Shown: one piece after another, positions 11,906 to 24,900 of the stretch
Layout: each line of letters begins with the position of its first letter
How positions within the stretch are numbered: position 1 is the stretch's first letter
Assembly (NCBI GenBank): GCA_016748015.1
Contig: JAAOMT010000269.1
Span: 29,592-93,591, forward strand
Source of the DNA: Geosiphon pyriformis uo1
Lineage: Eukaryota > Fungi > Glomeromycota
DNA: 64,000 bases
Direction: 5' to 3'
The notes under the pieces: generated by a model
Told to the model about the DNA's origin: nothing
What the model saw: the letters and a program-made list of their open reading frames with translations, nothing else
The model's database searches: none
Program-made: the position numbers and the translations under genes

Positions 11906-14900
11906 ACACAAAAAAAAATTTTTCTCTTTCTTAGTCTCAATTTTATTCATCTTAAACACAAAACTAGTATTTATGTGGTATTTACATAAATGTTTATGTT
12001 TTTTTACCTTGCACAAAAAAGAGTTGTAAAAAATTCTTTAAAGAAAAAGAGAGAACACTTTATCTTGATCTAAATTATTATGCATTTAATAACTATCAGA
12101 AAAACCAAAATCTGTTATTATTCTATTTATTCTATTCTTATGAATAGAAAACTAACAAATTTTTTACACATCTTAATACATTGTAAACTAGTCTTTAATT
12201 GAGTTTAGTCAACAAAGTCATATGTTTTTTACATGTTTTGTAAAACTAACCAAATTTTTTTGTTCTTTTTTAAGACATTTTTAATTATAGACCCAACAGC
12301 AAAAATAGATAACTACATTAAAGTACTTTTCAAAACAGAGAAGTTGTTCTTATAAAGCATATCAAATTGACTACAAACTAGAGAAATTCAATTCATGAAA
12401 ATCTTAGAAAAAATTTTCTTGGTTGTCTTAATTAAAATAATAGGTTGAGTATTCTTTAAAATTTTATCTCACTCATAAAACTTAGGTATTATAGAAACTC
12501 ACAATCTTTTCCACAAAGTGGGCACTATATTCAAAGTCAAACACTCATTCAAAAAACTCAAAAAACACTCAAGAATATCTTTATTACAATGTTTCTACAA
12601 CTTATTTGAAATGTCATTCAGTTTAGCAGTCTTTTTATTTGACAGATTCTTGACCACTCATACTAATTTCCCAAAATTGATAATATTCATAACATCCGAA
12701 AATATATTAACATTCATATGACTCAAAGGAGCATATTGATCAGTCCAAAGTCCAGGCAGGAATTCAAAAACTGAATGTTTTCTGGTCTAATCCTCCATAA
12801 TAGTGTCAATCTTAATCTTAACATCTTTAGATTCCAGAATCAACTCTTTATTAATGACCAAATAATCCAGCACTATCTTATAAAAAGGCTTTTTTAAAAT
12901 GCTTTTGATTATATGACTTTTATTTGAACTAAAGTTCTTTATCTTTTTTTTAATAATATACCTAATAGGTATTTCTTTAAAAGTCTTAGACTTATACATT
13001 TTGGACTTGCAATAATCTTTCCATATTTTAGATAAACAACCAAAAATTTTTTTTGACTTAACACTATTCTGAACTATACTTTACACTTCTAAAACTTTAT
13101 CTTTGTTAGTAACCAACCAAATACAGAGTAGAGAATTAGTTCTAAGTACATTTTTTGTTCTTAGAGCACTGGTCATTTTAGCAGCCAGCAGTTCCAACTT
13201 AAAAAATTTTGAACAATGTTTATTTTTTGAGCAATTAAAAACACTAAACCAATGTTTAGAGAAAACTTTGTCAGTTGAATCTATTATTACTTTTCTTAAC
13301 ACTTTTCATATTGAATCTAAATTCTTAATAACTTTTACTTTTACAAATCTATTTGTTATAGTTAATAATTTATTAGATAAGCATTTCTTAAAATAAGTTT
13401 ACTTGATTTCATTTACATCTTTTATTCTGAATTTTTAATAATCTTTGTTAGCTTGCTTACACATGTTATTTAACTAAATGTCTAAAAGACCATCCAAACC
13501 AATTGAAACTAAGACAACTCTGTAGTTAATATTAAAAAAATCAGATATAGAATTAATCTTGTGATTTGCAATTGCAAACAACAGATATTTATTTACAAAA
13601 ATATAATCAATGACTTTTTCAACACTTTTTAAGTTGTTTTAAGTAGAAGCTTTAACCAATAAATGTCCACCAAATGAATTAACCAGACTTAAATTTAAGC
13701 AAAACTTGAAACTTGTACTTTTTTTAGATTTATTCTTATTAAAATTCTCATTCAAGATTATAAAACTATTAGTGTTAACTGCCTTAGCTATAAAAAAGTT
13801 TATACTTAAAGCCAAACTGAATCTAATCTTAGCAGAAACACCAGTATACAAACCCAAAATTATAACCAAAAGCTTGCCTTTAAAAAAAAGCTGCACCAAA
13901 ACAATTTAATTAGGAATCTTCTCAATCTTAAAAACATAACATACCAGAAAACTGTTTATTATAATGGCTATCCCTACACCAAAAAATTTTATCCAAATTA
14001 AATGCAAAAATTCACACTTTTTTAAACTTTTTTATAATCCAGAGTTTAATACTAGATCTTAACTTTGTTTCTGTGATGATTGAAATCATGTTGTTAGACT
14101 CTATATGTTAGTACACAATATTTTTTTGTTTAGTTAAAATATTGATATTATAAATATTGCACATATTAATCTTCTATACCAAATTATTTATTAAGATAAA
14201 AAATACACCAAAGAACTTAAACCAGTACACAATAGATTTAATTTTACCAAAATAGAACTGACAAAGGCCTCAAGAGCTGCCAATTTTAATTTTAAACTGC
14301 CTATTTTAGTGGTCAAGACTTTTGAACTACTAGAATCCAAAACCAAAAATTCAGTTGTGATTAGAGAAGAAGATAGAAAAACAACTCTTAAGCCATCTAA
14401 CATTATATTCAAATCCGAATTCAAATCAGCATTCATTGAACCAGGCAAATTATAAGGAGAAGAAAAAAAGACCAAAAGTACCAAATTCATATTTTTGAGC
14501 TTGCACACTATACTAGACACTTGATTTGCCAAGAGCTCTAAGGAACATTTCAAAGATACCAAATAATTATTCAGAGAGAGGTTACTAACTAAAATGGAAC
14601 AAAACTTTTCATCAGAACCTGAGGCACCAGAAAAAAAAGAACCAGAACTAGAACCAAAAAAAAAATCATAAAATGCAAATGCTACTAAAACTACTTGAGC
14701 CCAAAATTTATTATCAAAGACAACAGAATAAGAGATAAAAATGTTTTTTTTAGCATATAGCTTGGTTAACTAAAAGTAATTCATATCTAAAGTAGCTTTT
14801 TTAAATGACTTTAAAGACTTAGGAGTGAATACACTTGTTATATCACATTTTAAAGCAGAATAATCAAACCTCTTATACTTTTCATATTAAATCAGATCCA

Positions 14901-16070
14901 TTCTAGTCCATGAGAACTTTACATTACCAAAAATTGGTTTTATACAAAAAGCAGACTTCAGTTCTTTATTAAAATTGAAACCAATTACAGCATAGTGAAT
15001 CTGGTTGTCAGTATTAAGTAAGTAATTGATAATACAAGTTTTTTCACTAGCTCTCTCTAAATGAGTTTCAAGATTATAAGCAGTTGTTCTTATAGACAAA
15101 GTAAACAGAAATGTTCTAAACTAATCTTTAGACATCCAAGTACTGTGATTTTTTACAGCCATAGTAATATATATTAAGTTTTTTCTAATTAGAAATGACT
15201 ATTTTGAAGCCAACCACTCAACTTAATCTGAATCAGCAAATTCTATTACAATTTTTTGCCATATTTCAATGAGTTGAATTTTGATCAACTTAATTTTCTT
15301 AAATTTGGCCACTGTAGTAATGATTATTTTTTTAGGCATGTTCATGAAAATTTTCTTAATTACTACTGCTCAATTTAAATGAATTTGTTGTTTCTTAAAA
15401 TTGATGTTTATGATGATTTTTTTTTGGCCAATGATGTGGCTTTTTCTATACTCTTTTTTGATATAAATATATATCTGATGATTCTTTTAAATTTTAAGAA
15501 AATAGTGGCTTCTTCAAAACCATTGACTACTAAAAAAATTTTTTTAACTGTCTGAGTTTTGGCCATTGTGAATTTGCTATTTACAGCCAAAAAATTAATG
15601 TTTAAAACAAAGAACTTCCTAATAGGTACTTCTATTTGAGACTTGACAATCTTTGAGTCAATTTATTTTCTATTCAAAAAAATAAGTAAACAAGAAAAAA
15701 AAAAATTTTATTATCATCTATATCTAAGTTTAGAAAACTAAATAGAAAGCCAAAACCAGTATTAATATTGACACACTTAGTTTTAGGAGTAATAACAATT
15801 GAGTCTAGAAGATATTTATCAATAATATCAAATATGTTAATATTCTCATTATCTTCAGACAAACTATTCTTATTTAAAAACATATTATTACCAGATCCAA
15901 ATTTAATTAAAAAGATATCTTTCTTATCATTAGAATATTTGATATTTCCAAGAACAACTTTCTTTTTCTGTAAAAAAACTACTAGCAAGACCATAAAAAG
16001 TATCTTTAAGTGTATTTTTTTTAGATATGTTGCTAGTTGAAACAGTTTCCAACTTCATAAAAAAGAGATT
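11906..16070 (-). mobile_element. Degenerate LINE copy 1, 5' part (ORF1, APE endonuclease, RT N-half)
   Basis: APE motifs 'MCNIYNIN...ITETK', 'ILNENFN' (GDFN-like) and 'IDYIFV' at ~13550-14190. RT-like peptides at 11910-12800 continue into 1979 across the LTR insertion. ORF1-like region 14190-16060 parallels 37550-39050. Outer boundary is approximate. Confidence 0.8.
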
Positions 16071-17804
16071 ATTAGGTAAAAAAATATTAATATAAATTAA
16101 TAAGAAAAAACAAAAAACTTTTTTTTCATAAATATGCTCTTTGAGAAATTTTTTGATGTAAGAGAAAAAAAAGTTTTTTTTTTTTATTAATAGAGAAATA
16201 AATTAAAAAAATTATATTTTAATTCAAAATATTCAAAATATTTATAAGTTTTTTATTAAAAACACAAATAATATAATAAATTTGATTTAAAATTTTTTTA
16301 TTTTTAAAATAAATAATTATATATATAATTTATAATATTATTTAAAGAATTTTTAAAATTATAAACAATAATATATATAAGCAAAATAAATAATACAGTT
16401 TTAAATTTATTTTTTTGTTATTATACTGTCTAATTTTTATTAGTTTTAACTATATATATAAAATTTTATTAATTAAAAAAAATATTTTGAAACCAAAATA
16501 ATTACTTTTTTAAAAATATTATAAAAAATAATTTTTGATAATTATTAACAAAATAATATTTAAAATAAATTTTTTTTAATAAAAACTTTTAGGTTTAATT
16601 ATTAAAATCTTAAAGCAATAAAATAAAAAAATAAAAAAACTATTTAAATTTAAAGTATTTAATAAAAAGTATAAAAAAGCCTTACTTTTATTTTTTGTTT
16701 TTTAATTAATATTAGTATTTAAAAAAATTTTTATCTTTTTTGCAAAATTAGTTTTTTTATTTTAAAATTATTTAATACAAATATTATCTAAAAGTATTTT
16801 TAAAATTAAATTTATTATTTAAGTTTTTAATATTTTAACCAAAACTTTAAATTTTTGTGAAAAAAAAATTTTTTATTAACTTCTTTTTAATTATATTATT
16901 AATAATAACTATTAAGTTTAAAACAAAAAAATTATAATAATAAAAATATAATAAAAACAGAATTTTTTTTTAAAAAACTGTTTTTTTACTTTTTTAAAAA
17001 TATTATTAATATTAGTGTTTTATTGTTTAAAATTTATAAAAACTATAATATTTTTTTTTTAATAATAAAAAATAATAAATTTATTTAATAAAAATATAAA
17101 GTATTAATATAAAAGTATAATAAAATTATTAAAACTTAAATATATAATATTTAAAATAAAAATTAAATTAGTATTTAAATAAAAAATTATTAAATACATA
17201 AATAAAATAAAACCAAATAATTTTTTTAATTTATATAGTTTAATATAAGTTTAAATTACTGATTACATATAAAAAATATGTAAGTAATATTTTTGTTATA
17301 TATTTTAAGTTTTAATTAAATTATATTTAATTAATACATAAAAATAATATTATTAAATTTTTTTTATTTATAAATTAAAATACATAAACTTTTATTTAAT
17401 AAATTTTAAAGTTAAATATAATATATAAAATAATAATTTTAATATTGACTTAATAGTATAATTCTTATTTTTAAAACTTACAATTATTTTTATTTTAAAA
17501 TAATAAAATAAATTTTATTTAATATTAATAAACATATTAATAAAATATTATACAATATAATAATTATTAAATAACAATTATATAATGTAGGCATACTACA
17601 AAAGTTAAAAACTCTGATTATTGTTATAATTTAACAATAATGAGATTTGTTAAATTTATACTAATAAATATAAGATTTGAAATATTATTAACATAAACCA
17701 AAATATATTAGGTTATATCTTTCCAAATCATAATAAACATACAAAACACTATATTTGCTGTTAAAGTTATTAAACATTAATTAAAAATAACTACAATTTA
17801 TTAT

Positions 17805-18200
17805 GAAAGATCTATGAAAGAGTTAAAAAAGAAAGATAAAAAGCTGAAGAAAAAGAATAGAAACTAGAAAAATTAATAGAAGATAAAAAGAAAGATAAGT
17901 TACATGAAAAAAAAAATGAGTTACATGAATTGAAGAAAAATTTGAGACAAGAAAAACACAAAAATAAAAACAAAAAGCATTGATAAATAAAAGATATACA
18001 AACACTAAAAAAGCAAAAAAAAAGCAAAAAAAGCTAAAAAAAAACTAAAAAAAGAAATGAAAGAGCTAAAAAAAGAAGTAAAAAAGCTAAAAATAGACAA
18101 GAACAAGCTAAAAACAAGTAAAAATAAATAAGAGTTGCAAATGCAAAAATTACAAAATATGTTGATAAAAACAACTAAGATAGATAACTTAGACATTAGA
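17805..18200 (+). repeat. A-rich low-complexity tract, probably a decayed K/E-rich coiled-coil coding repeat
   Basis: Repeated AAAAAAGCT/AAAGAAG units. The minus-strand Phe-rich ORFs are its shadow. Confidence 0.45.
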
Positions 18201-18779
18201 AAATAGAATAGGATAAAAAAGTACTTTTTTATTTACTCTATTACTATTATTCTTCATTCATTTGACTAATTTATGCTCATTTACTTTTGCCTCTTACTTC
18301 TAAAATTGCTTTGTATTTAACTTAATAATAAAATCTTTTGACTTAATATTAGCTCTTAATTTAAGTTTTACTTTTTACCTCTATTATTTATTATTTATAT
18401 CTATTTTTATTTATTTGAGAAAACATTTGATATATTCTTATAATATTAATTAATTATTGTTTTCTTCCTTCCTTTTTTTTGTTGTTGATGTGTTTTATTT
18501 GTTTTTTATAGCTAAGTCTTCTACTAGTAGGTTATTTGTTCAATCTATTTTTATTAATATGTGTTTTGAGTTTAAAAGTAATCTGTTTTAATATTGAGTT
18601 TTATCTAGTATAAATACCAAGTTATAATTTTTTCTAAAACCTGACAATAAGTTCATTTTCTTTTCTTCCAAATCTCTAAAAAGTGAGTACCTTCTTTTGT
18701 AACTGAATTTAATTAAAATTATAACTATTTTTTCTTATTTCTAACTACAATACATGAAATTCAGAATTAATAATAAAAG

Positions 18780-21700
18780 CATTTGAGCAAGAATACAAAG
18801 ATGATCTTGGTATCTTATAGCTTTTTGAAAAACATATTAACAACTGTACACATGAGTAGAAAACTGTTCAAAATTTTATATATTATGCTTTATACAATGT
18901 CCTTTTCTAAGAATCTGGTATTAGAAAGTCTAGACTTCTTTATTAGCTTGTTTAAGACCACTTTATTATATACTTATATTTTCATACAAATTCTAATTCA
19001 GAAGTTTTACCCATAACACAAACTGTTTATAATTTTTTTTTTATTGGAAAAAAAATGAAATGGTTTACATAGCAGCATTTTTCTGTAGTTGCATAGAATT
19101 TTTTGACAGAAAAAACATTGAAGATTGAAAAAATCAACAGTAAGATCTTAAATTTAAAGAAAATATGATAAACAAAGCTATAATCTTAATAAAATCCTGA
19201 AAAAAAAGCTCAATTGAATTAAATGGAATGAATAAAACATCTTGTGCAAATAAAATTGTAGAAGTTTAAAAAAAAGTTAAACTGCATTTATTGAAAATCA
19301 TCAACAAAAAGACAAAACTTGTATTTACATTTAATGAATTATGGACTTTACTAGGAATATTAGGACAAAGTAAAGTGTTTATTTACATTCACTGAGCTTT
19401 ATGTTGTTTTTCTTTAGGCATTTTTGTCATATTTACTAATATTATTTCAAATCTTACTGACTGTGTACCATTAGCATTTTTGAATCTCTTGGTCTAATTA
19501 TACTTAAATAAGAATAAACTTTTTTCACCATTTTATTTTATGAATATGTTTAATTTATTTAGCCAAACAAACTCAGACTCAGAACAATTATTAAAGTTAG
19601 AAGAACTGTTCACACTAAGACAACTTTTGTAAGATACAGTTTTAAAGAATATTGTCAAACTCAATAAACTTATAAAATTAGCATAACAAAAACTCTTGGA
19701 TGAAAATATAACCATAAATAATTGGCTTAACAAACCAACTTTGGCTTCTGGTTTTACTATTTTATCTTTTCACATCTTATTTGATGTCACAGTTGAGTTT
19801 TGCATTGCTTTAGAATTAGTTGCTGGATTCATAAGAATATACATTCATGTTTCAGAAAATTAGCATAAACTATTAGCATTTTATCTATCTGAACCAATAC
19901 TTACTGAGACTGTAGTATTGCTTATGAAAAACCAGAGTATTGTTACTCATAAAATATAGAAAATATATTAACATATAAATTAGCCAATTAGAAATAGCCA
20001 TAGTAAATATGGAATTCCAGAATTTTTTTCAAAAGAAATTACAGAATTCCAGAAATTTCAAGATTTTCGTACAAATGAATCACAAAATTCCAGAATTCCA
20101 GGATTCTTTTTAAAAAGAATTGCAAGATTCCAGAAATTTCAGGATTCCTGATGTAAAGAATTAAGGAATTGAGGAATCTCAATTATGTATATATAATGGT
20201 AGTATTAAAAGTAGAAAAAACAGACCTTTCAGTTCAGATTTGTTAAAAACAACCTTCTACATTAATAAATAACTATTTGCTATCTTAATTTACTCTCCAC
20301 TATCAACACTACATGTTGATAGCAATTAATACTTAATCACATTGGAACAATAGCTCTTGATCATGACTATTAATGAGATATTAACTTGCAATTGCTTCCG
20401 TTTATTTTCTTTATCTTTTTTTTATTTTCTTTTACTTTCTTTTCTTGTTTTGATCTTATTGTCATTTATTAATTGATTGAAGATTAAAGCACTGAGTTAT
20501 TGACATTACGGATAGTCAGATAAAAAACCCAGAAATAAGGGTAAGAATATATATATTAATGGATAACTTACCAAAAAAACATGACTACCAGAATAAACTG
20601 GCCACCATGCTGAAGACAAAAATTGGGAAAACAACTTACCAATTAACTACATCATCATTAAATCTCTGTTCATTATACAAAAAACTTTATTAACACTTTC
20701 AGATACAAACAACCTTCAGATTATTAATACCAACATCGCAAATAGCTTCTGAGCACCAAGTTACAGATTTGTTATTTGATTTAAGACCCCAAATAATCAT
20801 CTGTAACAGTATATTAAAAAAACTACTTGACTTTCTATTAAATGCATTACACACTAGTTATATAAAACCTGATTATTATGAAGAGTTGATCATCTGTTTA
20901 CTTTTAATTATTGTTTGGGATTATGTTACTAGAAATAGAAATATATTACCACATTTAGAAAATTTAGAATATTCAAAAAAGTTTGTTTTACATCCAATTA
21001 AAGTGAAAGAGTTTTTAATATCTCTTTTCAGACAGAAGAACTATAACAAACATATTCAAAGTTTTTCTTAAAAGTTGGTTGATAGTTTACTTGCATTTAC
21101 ACACTTTATTCCAGTTACTTATACCCCAAACTAAACACAATTAACTCTATTCATTTGCTTTACAGCTGTAATATGTAAATATAACTAAGCAGAAGTTAAA
21201 TTGATATTTCTAGTTTTGTTAGATTAGAATGGATTTAGTTCTATATTAGTTAATTTAATGTTTTACTATTTAGTTTAAGTCAAAAATTGGAATCAGATTT
21301 ACAATGATAATTGGTCTAAATCAGAACTCTCAAAGGAATATATCTTTAAAGATAAAACTACAAAAGAAAACCACAATCCCTACTTGTCTCTATATTTTTA
21401 GCTAAGTGCTCCAAAGCCAGCTTTGAAATTATTTTATATTGAGAGCTTTCCAGTTTTTAACACAAAGTCACAAAAGAAGACACAACTTAAAGCAAAGAAA
21501 GCAGAGAAAGCAAAAACACAATATTGTATATTTAGATTAGGGTTAGATAAGTCTGTATATTATTGCCTGAATAAATTAAATTAAAAGAGATATTGCTATT
21601 TTACCTACTACTAAGTTCCAATCTGGTGATAAAAAAGTCATGACTGTTTGAAATATAAAAAATAAATTCATGAAGAGATCTAAGAGTAATTGTTAAAGTA

Positions 21701-21900
21701 AAAAAGCTTTTAAAAGTAAAAATATTCTAGTTCCTAAACTGGAATAAAACAAAGGAGCAGATTGAGAAGAAAAACCTGGTAATCACCACTAAGAAAATTT
21801 AAAGTTAGATTTTATTCAAATAAATTAACAAATAGCTATAAAAGTTGCTCCAGCAATTATAGACTGAGGTGATATAAAGGCTTTTATTATCACTGATTTT
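18780..21900 (+). pseudogene. Decayed P-loop NTPase / nuclease gene (Crinkler-associated type), split by a solo LTR
   Basis: YYALYNVLF*ESGIRKSRLL (decayed QxSGxGKSRL Walker A) at 18881-18940. 'SEPILTE' lies before the LTR; 'YYEELIICLLLIIVWD', 'FTHF' and 'QVKN'-like segments follow it. Boundaries are approximate. Confidence 0.6.
19941..20808 (+). mobile_element. Solo LTR related to the LTRs at 34095 and 36747
   Basis: TGTTAC...GTAACA ends; 4-bp TSD GTAT (19937-19940 and 20809-20812); both ends match the 34-37 kb LTRs. Confidence 0.92.
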
Positions 21901-21949
21901 TGATAATTTTTAAGGCTATGATATATTTTTAAACATAAATAAAGAACTA

Positions 21950-24900
21950 ATTCCTCATTGCTAATTTAACTATATGCCAAATCCAACTCTGAAAAAAGAC
22001 TTTAATATTAAAAAATTCTCAAAAAGATTAAATAATGACAATTGAAAAGCTTATTATTTGTTGAAAATTTAGGTTTCTAGATTAATCAGCTTGTATATTT
22101 TGTTGTATCTTGTATCTCTTTGGAATTAAGTTTTTTTTTCACAGACAGATTTATTAAAGTTACAGATATTGTGTTCAGTAATAACTCTTTATTGAAGCTC
22201 TTCTGCAGTGTTGTGACTAGCTAGATTATCATCCCAATTTTTTTTAATCATTTTCTGAACACATTGAAATATGCTTTTATTACAAAGCTTGTTACAAAAA
22301 ATATTTAACCAGCTGCAAGCTATATAATTGCTATTTTATACATAAAAATATTTACTTCAATTGTCCAATGAATAATGTAGTGGAATAAAACTTTTAACTA
22401 TTATTGTTCTGTTTATAACTGTTTTACTGTTCCAAATGTCATCAAATAGATTAACATAGGCTTTTAGTATTATATCTAGTTCTTTTCTAATCTCAGAAAA
22501 AAGATAGACAAATGGTGCTAATAAGAAGACAGCTAAGTATTGATCAAACTTGTCTTGCTTCATTTACTCAGGCTGATGAAATTTTTTCATCTTGTCATGC
22601 AAAGACCAATAGAAATATAAGTGCAAAAATGATGGCATTGTTGCCAGATCCATTTTTCTGAATATATATTGCAGTTTTATCTTATAGATTGAGTCTTTGA
22701 TGTAATGAGCATCTTTCCATAAAACATTTCTGTTCTTTACTAATATTGTAACATACATGAATTGAGCATTTTGTCATTTGAGTGTAATGAAAAAGTCAAC
22801 ACCAAGTTGGTTGAACTTCAGAATTGCAGCTGCACTTTATCTAAACAGTTATTCAAGCAATCTGCTATTAGAAATGTATTCTACTTGTATAAAATAGGTA
22901 AAGCATAGAATGAATTTCAGTAATATTTTATCTAGTTTCAATCCTTTCTAAAATTATTAGTTGTAACTAAGGCATCAAGATCACTAAACAAGACAGACAA
23001 GAATTCTTTGAGAGATAATTCTCTTGTGTAAAGTTTATCTTTGCCCCAACTCTTTTGTATGTATTTTTGCCATGTAATTATTAGAATAAGTCTTGCAACA
23101 AGTTCACCACAGTAACCAGCATTAATAAATTTATATTGAAATAATGTTGCAAACAGCTAAAAAACCTTCACTAGTGTTGTATTACTGTCTATAAGTCTAA
23201 AAACAGCTTTAGCAAAGATAAACTCAGATAGATACATTATAAGCATTTGGCTTCTGTTCTCTTTAATGAAAATACAAGTAGCCATATGACTACTCACTAA
23301 CAAATATAATAAATGTAGTTGTGATAATATATCTACAAAAATCAGTATAAACATGATAGTGATAGCCATGACCAATTGTTTATTAACTGTTTTAGCAATA
23401 GAAAGGATGCTTTGCAAATTTGTAGTTACAGTACTGCCAAACAACTTTATTTTTGCAGTTTCAACTGCTTTTCTAATTGACAAGCCAGACTTAAGCAATG
23501 CAGTTCATAAGACATAACCTAAAAAAAACCTGTTAGTTAAATTCTCCACTTGTCTCATGAATAATACATCCATTATTAAAACATCAATAAATGGTGGAAG
23601 CAACTTAAGTGGCTTGGTAGTTGGAAGTCATAAGGAAAAATTATGTTCCTTAGCTGATATGAAAATGAACAGACAATCAGTTATATCTAACATAATACAC
23701 ATAAAATTTTTCTATCCAATATTTTGTAAAGCATGTCAAATAATCTTGAATAGAGATTATTTCTTTGTTTTGTGAATTTTCATGGTCAAAATATGTGCTT
23801 TATTTAGATACAGAATAAATTTAAGTGTGGGTGCTTTAGAAGTTATATATAGTTGCTTGGAAATACTCTCTATCTTTGGAGAATTTGCATTGAGTGCATG
23901 TTGTAAGTTAGTGATAATACCAGTCCAGAACTTCTTTTCTTTGCTAAAATCTATCTGCATTTTCTAACATTTAGAATGCATCAAAATATCTTGAATTATG
24001 TGACCAAGTGTGACAACCATGCATTTCAAAAATATCTTAAATCAACTGACTTTTGTAAGCATTATTTCCTTAAGAATTTTGGATGCAATATTCAACCAAG
24101 AAGAATAATTTATGCTTATTAGTGGCCAAAAGCACACATATAAAACATAGATATCTTGTATAATCTTTGTAATAAGACAGAACTTCTCATAATTAGAGCT
24201 TTAAATCAATATAATATATGGAAAATAACTATCATTCTCATGATACTTTGACAAACAAAATTTAATGTGACTGTAAAAGTTTGCAATGAAATTCTGGCTG
24301 TTCACAAACTTGTACTTGAATGTATCTGCAACTAAATCCTTGTTGTTTTCACTTTCACTATTATCTGTATGAATCTTTTTTGCTTAATGCTTAGCTTTTT
24401 TTAGCATAACCATAAAAGAAAAAAAAAGAAAAAAAAAAGTAGTTAAAGTAATGAATAAAAACAGATACATAGAGATATAATATTATTTATTATTTCTATT
24501 CTATACATTCCAATATATGTATTGTAATTTATTCACAATATAATATTATTTACTAATTTTTGATTGTGAATCAACAGATGATTGCAATATTTGCTCACTA
24601 ATTAACTTCCTCTTTTCTTTTAAGTTTTTCAACCAAAGCAACAATTGTTATTGTTGGTCCCAATTTTATGTCATCTTGCATAAGTTTTTTTTCAGTTAAC
24701 AATAGGAAGTCTTGACCAACAATCTTATTAGTTTTGATTATATTGAGATCTTCTTTTATAAAGAATAACTCTTTACTTTTTTTCTTAAAAAACTTATTAA
24801 CTTGTTATAAAGCCCACTTTTTGATTTCTTCATTTTTTTTATAGATAACAATAAGTGATTCTTCAAAAAATAATACTTGTATCAAGTCTATTTTACCTTA
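21950..24900 (-). pseudogene. Second decayed SAM-like plus P-loop NTPase (Crinkler-associated type) gene, convergent with the first
   Basis: SAM-like 'IKKWAYNKLISFL...IVGQDFLLLTEKKLMQDDIKLGP' (~24620-24835). Decayed Walker A 'YFPYIILI*SSNYEKFCL' (~24170-24230). 'YLSEFIFAKAVFRL' and 'GYCGELVARLIL' (~23085-23235). Boundaries are approximate. Confidence 0.6.

Noticed and set aside
17812-18196. Phe/Leu-rich 'membrane protein' ORFs
   Set aside because: Antisense of an A-rich low-complexity tract.
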